Positions 18,562-28,392 of a DNA stretch of 64,000 bases are shown here, piece after piece. Position numbers and translations under genes: made by a program. Location: positions 13,124-77,123 of the forward strand of contig JBDKFG010000029.1 of assembly GCA_039798785.1 (NCBI GenBank). The letters run 5' to 3'. Within the stretch, counting starts at the first letter, position 1. Every line of letters begins with the position of its first letter. This stretch comes from Verrucomicrobiota bacterium (GTDB lineage Bacteria > Verrucomicrobiota > Lentisphaeria > Lentisphaerales > Lentisphaeraceae). The notes under the pieces are model-generated. The model was given only the letters and a program-made list of their open reading frames with translations, ran no database searches and was not told the DNA's origin.

Positions 18562-21500
18562 ATGAAACACCTGATGATGATGATTGCGATGAGCCTGTGC
18601 GCCGCCGCCGAGGAGCCGCCAGCGAAGCCGATGGCGGAGCTTCTGCAATCGCCGGCGACCGAGGATTACGTGATCAGCGCCGAGGACGGCGGCGACACCT
18701 GGCAGTACAGCTTCGAGAAGCCGGCCGAGGGTTGGATGCGGCCGGAATTCGACGCCAAGGCCTGGGCCAGCGGCAAGGGCGGCTTCGGTCGCGCCGGATC
18801 CGAGCAGATCGTCGGCACGGCCTGGACGAACCAGGACATCTGGCTGCGCAAGACCTTCCGCGTCGGAGACAAGCCGAAGAACCTGCGGCTCCGCCTCCAG
18901 CACGACGAGGACGTGCGGATCTACCTCAACGGCCAGGAGGTCGTCAAGCGCAAAGGCCATCGCGGCGACTACGAAGAGATCGACCTGTCGGCGCAGCTGC
19001 CGCTCCTCGCCGCCGGCGACAACGTGCTGGCCATCCACTGCCACCAGACCGTCGGCGGCCAGTACATTGATGCCGGACTCGAAGCTGGCGCGGCGGTGCC
19101 CGAAGCCGTCTTCGTCGCCAACAAGATCTGGCGCGACTGGCTGCTGCAGGACGGCCTCAAGCCCGGCCAGGCCTGCTTCGTCGCCGGCAGCGAAGAGGTC
19201 GACCACGCCTTGATCGCCAAGGTGCTGGGCGAGCTCAAGACCGCAGCCCCGGCCACCGCGGGCCTCGATCCGGCGCAGCGCCGCGCTCTTTATCTCAAAC
19301 TTTGCGAGGCCCGCAGAGCCGAGCGCCTCAAGCCCTTCGCCGAACGCGGCGGCGCCTTCGTCTTCACCAAGCACAAGGCCCTGAGCGGCTCCTTCTACGG
19401 CTACACCGAGGGCCTCTCCGACGCCCAGGCGGAATGCAATTTCCGTCCCGATTCCGAGCTCCTCAGCTTCAAGCTCGACGGCCTCTACGGCAGGACCGAA
19501 TCGCTCCTCAGGGATAAGGCCGGCCTGATCCGCGATCCCGAGCTCAGCTTCGACGCCAAGCGCCTCCTCTTCGCCTGGAAGAAGGACCTCAAGAAGGACG
19601 ACTACCACCTCTACGAGATGGATCTCGCCAGCCGCCAGATCCGCCAGCTCACCAGCGGCCTCGGCTTCGCCGACTTCGAAGGACGCTACCTGCCCTGCGG
19701 CGACATCATCTTCAGCTCCAGCCGCGGCATCTCCACCATCCCCTGCTGGCGTACCGAGGCCAGCAACATGTGGCGCTGCGACAAGGACGGCAAGCTGATG
19801 CGCCGCCTCGGCTACGACCAGGTCACCACCAACAACCCCAGCCTCCTCGAGGACGGCCGCATCGTCTACACCCGCTGGGACTACAACGACCGCGGCCAGA
19901 TCTTCCCGCAGCCGCTCTTTGCCATGAACCAGGACGGCACCGAGCAGGTCGAATATTACGGCGCCAGCTCCTGGTTCCCCACCACCATCGGCCACGCCCG
20001 CGAGATCCCCGGCTCCGGCGGCGTCCTCCTCGCCATCCTCCACGGCCACCACACCTACCAGCACGGCAAGCTCGCCGTCATCGACCGCCGCAAGGGCACC
20101 CAGGAGGCCGAAGGCGTCCAGCTCGTCGCCCCGGTGCGCGAAACCAAGCCGGTCCGCGAGGATCATTACGGCCAGCAGGGCGAGCAATTCCAATATCCCT
20201 TCCCGCTCGACGACAAGCATTTCCTCGTCACCTACGACGCCAAGGGCGGCGGCGGCCCCGAAGGCGCCTGGGGCATCTACCTGATGGACTTGGACGGCCG
20301 CCGCGAGCTGCTCACCATCGACCCCAAGATCACCTGCAACCACCCCATCCTCTTCGCCCCCCGCAAAGCGCCCCGCCAGCAGCCGGAGCTGATCGACCTC
20401 GCCAAGGACACGGCCGAAGTGATCATGCAGGACGTCTACCAGGGACCCGGCCTCAAGGGCGTTCCTCGCGGCACGGTCAAGAAGCTCCGCGTCGTCGAAG
20501 TCCGCTACCGCGCCGCCGAGATGGGCTGCACCTACTCCGCCGGACCCGGCGGCAGCGCCCGCGTCTCCACCCCGCCCGCCGCTGCCAACGGCTCCTGGGA
20601 CGTCAAATCGATCCTCGGCGACGCCGAGGTCGAGGCCGACGGTTCCGCCCGCTTCACCGTGCCGGCCCGCAAGCCGATCTACTTCCAGCCGCTCGACGAC
20701 AAGGGCCAGGCGCTGAACACCATGCGCACCTGGGCCACCCTGATGCCCGGCGAACGCTTCTCCTGCATCGGCTGCCACGAGAACAAGCACCAGGCTCCGC
20801 CCGCCGGCAAGGTGCTGGCCATGGCCAAACCCGCCCAGAAGCTCCAGGATTTCTACGGCCCGGCCCGCGGCTTCTCCTTCCCCAAGGAGATCCAGCCGAT
20901 CCTCGACAACAAATGCATCTCCTGCCACGACGGCGCCAAGCAGGCTCTGAATCTCAGCGCCACTCCCCGTCTCGCCAAGGTGGAGCAGCGCCAGTGGAGC
21001 GAATCCTACTGGAGCCTGCTCCAGATCGCCCAGGGCGACTACGGCGCGGTCAAGGCCGATCCCGACGGCCGCCTGGTCAAGTGGATCGGCTCGCAGTCCG
21101 AGCCCGATCTGCAGCCGGCGATGCTCCGCGGCTCCTTCAACTCGCCCCTCATCGCCATGCTCCGCAAGGGCCACCAGGGCCTCACCATGACCCGCGAGGA
21201 GATGGACAAGCTCGCCGCCTGGATCGACCTCTACGTCCCCTATTCCGGCGACTTCACCGAAGGCAACGCCTGGTCCGACGCCGACAAGAAGAAGTACGCC
21301 CATTTCCAGGCCAAGCGCAATTACATGCGTGACTTCGAGCGCCTCAACCGCCAGGCCCTGCTGATGAAGAAGACCGGCACCTGGACCGAGCTGCCGCGCG
21401 ACACCGAGACCGAATACGACGCCTGGATCGCCCAGTACGCCCCGGACTCCCGCGCCAAATTCGACGCCGAGCTCAAACGCTACGAAACCGAACTGCGCGG

Positions 21501-21957
21501 CGAACGCCGCAATCTCGCCCTCAACCCCCAGGACGGCCGCTTCAACCTCGGCTTCCCCAAGGCCAGCTCAAACTCGGAATACGATCGCAGCGACAAGTTC
21601 CTCGCCAGCAAGGCCATCGACGGCGACCTGCGCAACGGCAACCACGCCGCCTATCCCTCCTGGGGGCCCGACAAGGTCGAGAAGCCCTGGCTCCAGGTCG
21701 ACTTCGGCCGCGAGGTCGAGCTCGACGAGATCCGCCTCCTCAACCGCGCCGAATACCCGCACGACACCTGGTGGACCCGCGGCAAGCTGGAGTTCTCCGA
21801 CGGCAGCAGCGAGGAGATCGCCATCGGCGACGCCAGGACGATGCAGAGCTTCCCCGTCAAGCCCCGCCGCTGCACCTGGGTCCGCTTCACCGGCCTCGCC
21901 CCGGCCAATCCCAAGGGCTGGCCCGCCCTCGCCGAATTCGAGGCCTGGGGCAAGTGA
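18562..21957 (+). CDS. Exported HzsA-related multidomain c-type cytochrome: galactose-binding-like jelly roll, TolB-like propeller, HZS-alpha middle domain, two CxxCH, F5/8 discoidin-like domain
   Basis: Signal peptide; IWLRKTF/HDEDVRIYLNG jelly roll; DPELSFDAKRLLF and DGRIVYTRWDY propeller; ILGDAEVEADGSARFTVPA..IYFQPLD..MRTW..LMPGERFSCIGCHE; CISCH; C-terminal AIDGD..WLQVDFG..LAEFEAW. GGAGG RBS before ATG 18562. Confidence 0.8.
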   Translation: MKHLMMMIAMSLCAAAEEPPAKPMAELLQSPATEDYVISAEDGGDTWQYSFEKPAEGWMRPEFDAKAWASGKGGFGRAGSEQIVGTAWTNQDIWLRKTFRVGDKPKNLRLRLQHDEDVRIYLNGQEVVKRKGHRGDYEEIDLSAQLPLLAAGDNVLAIHCHQTVGGQYIDAGLEAGAAVPEAVFVANKIWRDWLLQDGLKPGQACFVAGSEEVDHALIAKVLGELKTAAPATAGLDPAQRRALYLKLCEARRAERLKPFAERGGAFVFTKHKALSGSFYGYTEGLSDAQAECNFRPDSELLSFKLDGLYGRTESLLRDKAGLIRDPELSFDAKRLLFAWKKDLKKDDYHLYEMDLASRQIRQLTSGLGFADFEGRYLPCGDIIFSSSRGISTIPCWRTEASNMWRCDKDGKLMRRLGYDQVTTNNPSLLEDGRIVYTRWDYNDRGQIFPQPLFAMNQDGTEQVEYYGASSWFPTTIGHAREIPGSGGVLLAILHGHHTYQHGKLAVIDRRKGTQEAEGVQLVAPVRETKPVREDHYGQQGEQFQYPFPLDDKHFLVTYDAKGGGGPEGAWGIYLMDLDGRRELLTIDPKITCNHPILFAPRKAPRQQPELIDLAKDTAEVIMQDVYQGPGLKGVPRGTVKKLRVVEVRYRAAEMGCTYSAGPGGSARVSTPPAAANGSWDVKSILGDAEVEADGSARFTVPARKPIYFQPLDDKGQALNTMRTWATLMPGERFSCIGCHENKHQAPPAGKVLAMAKPAQKLQDFYGPARGFSFPKEIQPILDNKCISCHDGAKQALNLSATPRLAKVEQRQWSESYWSLLQIAQGDYGAVKADPDGRLVKWIGSQSEPDLQPAMLRGSFNSPLIAMLRKGHQGLTMTREEMDKLAAWIDLYVPYSGDFTEGNAWSDADKKKYAHFQAKRNYMRDFERLNRQALLMKKTGTWTELPRDTETEYDAWIAQYAPDSRAKFDAELKRYETELRGERRNLALNPQDGRFNLGFPKASSNSEYDRSDKFLASKAIDGDLRNGNHAAYPSWGPDKVEKPWLQVDFGREVELDEIRLLNRAEYPHDTWWTRGKLEFSDGSSEEIAIGDARTMQSFPVKPRRCTWVRFTGLAPANPKGWPALAEFEAWGK

Positions 21958-21987
21958 ACAAGGAATCGAGGAGCAACGGAGAGGCTC

Positions 21988-23730
21988 ATGCTTGAATTCA
22001 TTCTCAGTTTCGCCTTGGCAGGCTGCTCCAGCGGCGTGGAGCCAGAGCCGGAAGACTTCCAGGCTCAGACGGCCTTGAGCACCGGCGAGGACCTGCTCGT
22101 TGCCGGTGCCGGCGAAGAGATTGGCCTTCTGGGCAAGGACAAGCTTGAACGGCTCAAAGTCGCTCCCGGCATCGTCCGGATGCGCCAGCAGAACGGCAAG
22201 ATCTACGCCCTCGTCACGGGCAGGGAATCGAGCTTGCTTACCCTCGATCCCAAAACCTTGAAGATCGACAGCCGCATCCCCTGCGGCCACTTCGCCGCCG
22301 ACTTCGTCTTGCGGGGATCGCAGGTCCTCCTCAGTCACTCGTATAGCGACCTCATCCGCTGCCTCGATCTCGCAGGCGAGGAAGTGTGGTGCCGCGAGCT
22401 CCCTCGCGAACCCGGCCCCCTCGTCCTCAGCCCCGACGGCCAGGATCTCTGGGTCGCCACCCGCCTGCCGAGCCAGGCCGCGACCGCGCCGCTGACCGCC
22501 TGCCGCATCGTGCGCATCGATCCCCGGGACGGCGCCATCCGCGACAGCCTCGATCTGCCCGACGGCAGCACCGGCCTGAAGGAGATGATCGCCAGCGCCG
22601 ACGGCAAGCGGCTCTACTGCAGCTTCGTCCTCGCCCGCAACCGCGTGCCCGCCACCCAGCTCAGCCGCGGCTGGGTGAACACCAACGCCCTCGGCATCGT
22701 CGATTGCGCCAGCCGCAAGATCACGGTGGTGCTGCTCGACGACATCGACCGCGGCGCCGCCAACCCCTGGGGCCTGGCGCAAGCCGGAGGCCGGATCGCC
22801 GTCAGCCTCAGCGGCACCCAGGAGCTGCTGCTCATCGACGAGGCCGCGATGCTCAAGAAGATCGCCGCCGTGCCCGAGGCCGAGCGTCCCGCCCTCGCCA
22901 ACCAGCTCTCCTTCCTGCATTCCTGCTCGATCCGCCGTCCGCTCAAGACCGAAGGCGCCCGCGCCGTGGTCGCGCATCAAGGCGGCTTCGTCAGCCTCGG
23001 CTACTTCTCCAACTCGCTGCAGCGCCTCTCCCTGCAGGGCGAGCCCGGCGGCGAGACCCGGCTCGGCCCTGCCGCCAGCTCGGCGGCGCGCCTCGGGGAG
23101 GCGCTTTTCCACGATGCCCGCGCCGGATATCAAACCTGGCAGAGCTGTGCCAGCTGCCATCCCGGCGGACGCGTCGACGGCCTCGCCTGGGACCGTCCCT
23201 ACGACTTCGGCCATGCGCGCAAGACCAAGAGCCTGTTCGGGGCGCATCTCACCGCGCCGAGCTCGATCACCGCCGTCCGGGCCGATGCCCGCGCCTCGAG
23301 CCGCGCCGCCTTCGAGTTCAACGGCCTGGTGCCCCGGGAGGCGCAGCTCGACCAGATCGGCGCCTACTTCGCCTCGCTCCAGCCCCTGCCCAGCCCGCGC
23401 CTGGGCGCCGACGGCAGCCTCTCTCCCCTGGCCAGGCGAGGCCGCGAGATCTTCGAATCCGCCTCCTGCATCGACTGCCACAGCGGCGAGCTCTTCACCT
23501 GCCGCAAGATGAAGGACATCGGCACCGGCCTGGGCGACGAGGCCGGCCGCAAGTTCGACGTCCCGTCCCTGCGCGAGGTCTGGCGCAACGCCTCCTACCT
23601 GCACGACGGCCGCGCCGCCACTTTGGAATCGATCTTCAAGGAGCACAATGCGGCGAAGAAGCATGGCGATGCCCACGAGCTTAACGAGGCGGATTTCGCG
23701 GCGCTGATGGAGTACTTGCGAAGCTTGTGA
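21988..23730 (+). CDS. Lipoprotein with a YVTN-type beta-propeller and a di-haem cytochrome c peroxidase/MauG-like domain
   Basis: Lipobox LAGC; propeller repeats; CASCH at 23146 and CIDCH at 23467; VPSLREVWRNASYLHDG signature. Confidence 0.82.
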   Translation: MLEFILSFALAGCSSGVEPEPEDFQAQTALSTGEDLLVAGAGEEIGLLGKDKLERLKVAPGIVRMRQQNGKIYALVTGRESSLLTLDPKTLKIDSRIPCGHFAADFVLRGSQVLLSHSYSDLIRCLDLAGEEVWCRELPREPGPLVLSPDGQDLWVATRLPSQAATAPLTACRIVRIDPRDGAIRDSLDLPDGSTGLKEMIASADGKRLYCSFVLARNRVPATQLSRGWVNTNALGIVDCASRKITVVLLDDIDRGAANPWGLAQAGGRIAVSLSGTQELLLIDEAAMLKKIAAVPEAERPALANQLSFLHSCSIRRPLKTEGARAVVAHQGGFVSLGYFSNSLQRLSLQGEPGGETRLGPAASSAARLGEALFHDARAGYQTWQSCASCHPGGRVDGLAWDRPYDFGHARKTKSLFGAHLTAPSSITAVRADARASSRAAFEFNGLVPREAQLDQIGAYFASLQPLPSPRLGADGSLSPLARRGREIFESASCIDCHSGELFTCRKMKDIGTGLGDEAGRKFDVPSLREVWRNASYLHDGRAATLESIFKEHNAAKKHGDAHELNEADFAALMEYLRSL

Positions 23731-23784
23731 GGATCGCCGGTCCGATCTACATTCATCCAGCCACTACCAGGAGAAGAGGCGATC

Positions 23785-24558
23785 ATGCCAAGCCAGCATC
23801 ACGTTCCCAATCTCGAGCGCGGGATGAAAATCCTCGAGCATCTCAATCTTCATCCTGCCGGATTGACCCAGAAGGAGCTGGCGGTGCAGCTTGGCTATCC
23901 CGGCAACAGCGTCTTCCGGATCACCATGACCCTGCTTGAGCTCGGCTATCTCGACCGCGATCCGGCTAGCAAGGCCTTCCGGCTGACGCGCAAGCTGATG
24001 AGTGTCGGCAGCGCTTCCATCGGTGAGTATTCGATCATCGAAAAATCGCTGGAGGAGATGCGACTCCTGCGCGATCTGACGCGGGAGACCGTGCTTCTCG
24101 GCTCACTCCTGCCGACCACCGCGAAAGGCGTGGTGATGGAGCAGGTGCCCGGGCTTCACCCCTTCAAATTCCTTTTTGACGTCGGTTCGCCTGTGCTGCT
24201 CCATGTCGGCGCGCCGGGAAAGTGTCTCCTCGCCTTCCAACCTGAAAAGGAATGCCGGGATCTGCTGGGGCGGATCGATTACCAGGTTTTCACGTCCCGG
24301 ACGCACGCCAGTGCCGCGTCGCTCCGCAAGGAACTGGCGGAGGTGCGCAAACTTGGCTATGCCGTCGATCGCGGTGAATGGATGGAGGAGATGCATTGCG
24401 TCGGCGCCCCGATCTTCGACCACAACCGCCAAGTGGTGGCCGCTCTTTGGATCACCGGCCCCTCCAGCCGACTGCCTGAGAAGGAGATCCCCAGGCTGGG
24501 CGAGCTGATCCGCAATTCCTGCCTGTCGATCTCTCGCTCGATAGGTTACCGTGCCTGA
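23785..24558 (+). CDS. IclR-family transcriptional regulator
   Basis: VPNLERGMKILE N-terminal HTH; GYAVDRGE..HCVGAPIFD effector domain. Confidence 0.93.
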   Translation: MPSQHHVPNLERGMKILEHLNLHPAGLTQKELAVQLGYPGNSVFRITMTLLELGYLDRDPASKAFRLTRKLMSVGSASIGEYSIIEKSLEEMRLLRDLTRETVLLGSLLPTTAKGVVMEQVPGLHPFKFLFDVGSPVLLHVGAPGKCLLAFQPEKECRDLLGRIDYQVFTSRTHASAASLRKELAEVRKLGYAVDRGEWMEEMHCVGAPIFDHNRQVVAALWITGPSSRLPEKEIPRLGELIRNSCLSISRSIGYRA

Positions 24559-24645
24559 AAAGGATGGCGCGGGATTTCCTGGCTTCTCCGGGTTTGCGGT
24601 GGCCCGAGGATCCCCCTCCCGGCGCTGCTTGTTGCGGCCGGTTAG

Positions 24646-26520
24646 TTAACCTTCTCGATCCTCATCCTCGGGCTGGATGTCCTGAGCCTCCCGATCCTCC
24701 TCGTCCCCGGGATTTTCGCGAGCGAACTTCGAGCCGGAGTAGAGCTCGTAGGAGCAGAGGCGCCCTTCAAGGCCGCCGTTGGAGAGCGGCATCTTGCGGG
24801 TCGGCTTGAGGCCGGTGTGGAAGAGCAGCTGCGGCTCACCGAAGTAGACGAAGGCCTTCGAGCCGGGGCATTTGAACTTGAGGAAGTCGCCGAGCTCCTT
24901 GCAGAAGGCTTCCATCGGGTCCTGGCCGGGGGCGAGGGGCGCCTTGGTCAAGGGATCGAGACGGATGCCGTAGGGCGGGTTGATCAGGATCGTCGATTCC
25001 GGCTGTTCGGGCAGGTCCTGGAAGGGGATCTGGCGGAATTCGATCTGGTCGCCGCCGGGCAGCAGGGCGGCGTTGGCGCGGGCGTTGGAGATGGCGCGGG
25101 CGTCGCAGTCGGAGGCGAAGATCAGGCCGGGCGGCAAGGGACGGATGGCGGCGGCGGCATCATCCTTGACCTTCTGCCACAGGGCGGAGTCGAAGTCGGG
25201 CAGGAGCATGTGGCCCCAGCGCGGACGCAGGTAGCCGCCGGGGATGCGGCAGTAGTCCATCATCGCCTCGATGGCGAGGGTGCCGGCGCCGCACATCGGG
25301 TCGAGCAGCGGGCGTTCGCCGCCCCAGCCGGAGAAGCGGACGATGGCGGCGGCGAGGGTCTCCTGCATCGGCGCTTCGCCGGCGAGCTTGCGGTAGCCGC
25401 GACGGTGCAGCGAGCCGCCGCCGAGGTCGAGGTTGACGCGGGCCTTGTTCTGCGAGATGTGGAGGTTGATCAGGACGTCGGGGTTCTCGGTGTCGACCGA
25501 GGGACGCTCGCCGCAGGCGTCGCGGAAGTAGTCGCAGATGGCGTCCTTGAGGCGCAGGGCGGCGAACTGCGAGTGGGTGATCTTCGAGTTGCCGACGTTG
25601 GCGACGATGGCGAAGGTGTTGGCCGGGGTCATCAGCGAGCCCCACTCCATCCGCCGGGCGTTGTCGTAGAGCTGGTCGGGGTGGTGGGCGTCGAAGCGGT
25701 GCAGCGGCGCGATCAGGCGGGCGAGGAGGCGGTTGCCGTAGAGGATGCGGTAGAGGATCTCGTTGTTGCGGGCGGTGAAGCTGATCTCGCGGAAGGCGGT
25801 CAGGTCGACGTCGCGGGCGCCGAACTCGACCAGCTCCTTGGCGGCGATGCCCTTGAACTCCTCCGGCACCAGGGCCGAGAAGCTGCGGTGCTTCATGTAG
25901 CGGAAGATGCTGTCCTCTTCCGGCGGGGCGGCGGTGGAGCGGACCGGAGCAGTGCCGTAGACGCGGGGACGCGGGGCGGGCGCCTCCTCCTCGTCGAACT
26001 TGTAGCGTTCGCTGCGGTGCTTGAAGTTGGGATCGCGGGGTTTGAAGACCAGGTCGTCGCTGGGTTTGTAGGCGTTGGGATCGTCCTTCCACGACGAGGG
26101 ATCGACGCGGGGACGCGGCGGCGCTTCGTCGCGGCGCGGCCCTTCTCTGCGCTCATCGCGAGCATGAGGCTGGTCCTGGCGGACGCCATAGCCGCTGCCG
26201 GCGCCGTCGCGGGGCGCATAGGCCGGGCGCTCTTCGATCGGGGTGTAGGGGCTCGGTTTGCGCGGCTGGAAGGGGGTGATCTGGCGCGGCGCCTGTTCGC
26301 GCTCGTAGCCGCCACGCTCTGGGCGCGGCGCTTCATCGCGACGCGGGAAGGCCGGGCGCTCCTCCTGGGGCCGCCGGAATCCTTGCGGCGCTTGATCGTT
26401 GCGCTCATCGCGACGTGGGAAGGCCGGGCGATCCGGCCGGTCCGGCGTGCCGCGCAAGGGGAAGGCCGGGCGATTCGGACGCGGACCCTCGTCGCGAGGA
26501 TCCTTCTGGAAACCGGACAT
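24646..26520 (-). CDS. THUMP-domain rRNA methyltransferase (RlmL/YpsC-like) with a disordered N-terminal extension of about 200 aa
   Basis: SLHRRGYR, APMQETLAAA, DPMCGAGT and NPPYG motifs. Start ATG 26520 follows a GAGGA RBS, just after the upstream gene's stop. Confidence 0.88.
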   Translation of the reverse strand: MSGFQKDPRDEGPRPNRPAFPLRGTPDRPDRPAFPRRDERNDQAPQGFRRPQEERPAFPRRDEAPRPERGGYEREQAPRQITPFQPRKPSPYTPIEERPAYAPRDGAGSGYGVRQDQPHARDERREGPRRDEAPPRPRVDPSSWKDDPNAYKPSDDLVFKPRDPNFKHRSERYKFDEEEAPAPRPRVYGTAPVRSTAAPPEEDSIFRYMKHRSFSALVPEEFKGIAAKELVEFGARDVDLTAFREISFTARNNEILYRILYGNRLLARLIAPLHRFDAHHPDQLYDNARRMEWGSLMTPANTFAIVANVGNSKITHSQFAALRLKDAICDYFRDACGERPSVDTENPDVLINLHISQNKARVNLDLGGGSLHRRGYRKLAGEAPMQETLAAAIVRFSGWGGERPLLDPMCGAGTLAIEAMMDYCRIPGGYLRPRWGHMLLPDFDSALWQKVKDDAAAAIRPLPPGLIFASDCDARAISNARANAALLPGGDQIEFRQIPFQDLPEQPESTILINPPYGIRLDPLTKAPLAPGQDPMEAFCKELGDFLKFKCPGSKAFVYFGEPQLLFHTGLKPTRKMPLSNGGLEGRLCSYELYSGSKFARENPGDEEDREAQDIQPEDEDREG

Positions 26521-26522
26521 GC

Positions 26523-28286
26523 TTATTTCCTCCGCAGCACCGCGGCGTAGGCGCCGTCGTGGTCTTCGCAGGGGAGGAGCTGGCGTTCTTCGATCAGTTC
26601 GAAATGGCTGTTGCGCTGCAGGAAGGCCTGCACTTGCTGGGTGTTCTCCTCCGGCTCGATTGAGCAGGTGGAGTAGACCAGGCGGCCGCCGCGTTTGACG
26701 ACGACGCAGGCGCCGTCGAGGATCTTGCCTTGCAGGGCGACCAGCTCGTCGAGCTTGCCGGGGCCCTGGTTCCACTTGGCGTCGGGCTTGCGACGGAGGA
26801 CGCCGGTGTTGGAGCAGGGGACGTCGAGGAGGACGGCGTCGAGGCTGCCCTCGTCGAACTGCGGCTTGGAGGCGTCGCCCTGGCGGATTTCGACGTTGGA
26901 GTAGCCGTCGAGGTTGTCCTTGAGGGTGAAGAGGCGTTCACGCGAGTGGTCGCAGGCGATGACGTGGCCCTTGGCTCCGACGCGTTCGGAGATGACGATG
27001 GCCTTGCCGCCGGGCGCGGCGCAGAGGTCGGCGATGGTCTCGCCGCGCTGCGGGTCGAGGAGGTGGATGGGCAGCAGGGTGGCGGCATCCTGGAAGTAGA
27101 AATTGCGGGCGGCGTCGGAGCGCAGGAAGGTCTGGGCTTCGACGACGCGGTAGAGGCGTTCGCCTTCTGCCCAGTCCATGCTCGGCATGGCTTCGAGGCC
27201 GGCGGCGGCCGAGTTCGGGCTGTTGGCGAGGGCGCGGGCGGTCACCGGGGCCGGCAGGCGGATGAGGTCGGCGATCTCGCGGGTCTTGTCGGCGCCGAAG
27301 CGGGCGGTCCAGCGCGATTCGAGCCAGGAGCCGAGGTCGAGGTCCTTCATCGCCAGGTTGCGCAGCTGGTCGCGCTCTTCGACGGCGCGGCGCAGGACGG
27401 CGTTGAGGAAGCCGGCCTGGCGGCTGTCGAGGGTCTGGTTGGCGACGCGGACGGCGCAGTCGACGGCGAGGGCGGGGTGGAGGCCGTCCTGGAAGAGGAT
27501 CCAGGCGAGGGCGGGGCGGAGGATGCGCAGGACGCGCGGCGCCGGCTGGCGGGGGCAGAGGTGGCCGATGGCGCGGTCGATGCCGCCGCGGCGGCGGAAG
27601 ACGAGGCGGCAGAGGTGGCGGGTCTGCTCGACCGCCGGATCGTCGGCCGGCAGGCTGCGGCGCAGCTCGGTGGAGTGCAGGTCGAACTGCGGCAGCTCGT
27701 CCCAGCGGCCGAGCAGCTGCGACGAGTACATCAGGGTGGAGTCCTGGACGCTGGTGCGCACCGGACGCTCTTCGCGGGGCTCTTCGCGGCGGAAGCGGGG
27801 ATCCTCGTAGTCGTCCTGGGGCGGGCGGGAGTCGCGGAAACGCGGGCCTTCGTCGCGGAAGCGGGGAGGGGGGGCGTCGCGGCGGGGGCCTTCGTCGCGG
27901 AAGCGTGGGCCTCGAGGAGCTTCGTTGTGGAAGCCGCCGGGGCCCTCGTCACGACGAGGGAAAGCGGGGCGTCCCTGGCGCGGGGCTTCGTCGCGGAAAC
28001 GCGGGCCGTCATTGCGGAAGCCGCCGTCGTCGCGGCGAGGGAAGGGGCTGCGTTCACCGCCGTCGTCGCGGAAGCGTGGGCCTCGAGGAGCTTCGTTGCG
28101 GAAGCCGCCGTCGTCGCGGCGGGGGAAAGCCGGGCGTTCCTGGCGCGGGCCGTCGTTGCGGAAGCCGCCGTCGTCGCGGCGGGGGAAGGCCGGGCGTTCG
28201 CCGCGGTCTTGACCCTCCTGACGCGAGGGGGATTGGCTGCGGAAGGGATTGAAGCCGCGGCGGGGCGGACGGTTGTCACTGTTCAT
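26523..28286 (-). CDS. rsmB: RsmB/NOL1-NOP2 m5C rRNA methyltransferase with a NusB-like domain and a repetitive N-terminal extension
   Basis: GFLNAVLRR, FQD, DLCAAPGGK, DVPCSNTG and YSTCS..PEEN motifs. Confidence 0.88.
   Translation of the reverse strand: MNSDNRPPRRGFNPFRSQSPSRQEGQDRGERPAFPRRDDGGFRNDGPRQERPAFPRRDDGGFRNEAPRGPRFRDDGGERSPFPRRDDGGFRNDGPRFRDEAPRQGRPAFPRRDEGPGGFHNEAPRGPRFRDEGPRRDAPPPRFRDEGPRFRDSRPPQDDYEDPRFRREEPREERPVRTSVQDSTLMYSSQLLGRWDELPQFDLHSTELRRSLPADDPAVEQTRHLCRLVFRRRGGIDRAIGHLCPRQPAPRVLRILRPALAWILFQDGLHPALAVDCAVRVANQTLDSRQAGFLNAVLRRAVEERDQLRNLAMKDLDLGSWLESRWTARFGADKTREIADLIRLPAPVTARALANSPNSAAAGLEAMPSMDWAEGERLYRVVEAQTFLRSDAARNFYFQDAATLLPIHLLDPQRGETIADLCAAPGGKAIVISERVGAKGHVIACDHSRERLFTLKDNLDGYSNVEIRQGDASKPQFDEGSLDAVLLDVPCSNTGVLRRKPDAKWNQGPGKLDELVALQGKILDGACVVVKRGGRLVYSTCSIEPEENTQQVQAFLQRNSHFELIEERQLLPCEDHDGAYAAVLRRK
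27830..28200 (-). repeat. Coding tandem repeats (RPAFPRRDDGGFRN / GPRFRDE units)
   Basis: 28093-28139 and 28153-28199 are near-identical with a 60-bp period; 27892-27939 recurs at about 28063-28110. Confidence 0.9.
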
Positions 28287-28392
28287 GGGATGCCTTGTGG
28301 TTTTTCTGTTGTCGGTCGATGAAGTTCGGCGATTCGTCTGAATTTGCAAACTCAACGGCGAAAGAGGCGAAGGGGAAAATTGGCGGCGGTGT

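Noticed and set aside
18364..21303. 979-aa minus-strand ORF, and similar long antisense ORFs such as 29765-32719, 21568-23676 and 33041-35074
   Set aside because: Shadow frames of well-supported genes, expected from high-GC codon bias; no recognisable motifs.
18562..23730. Genuine anammox hydrazine synthase
   Set aside because: Extra carbohydrate-binding-type domains, an IclR context and no other anammox genes in the window; only architectural similarity is supported.
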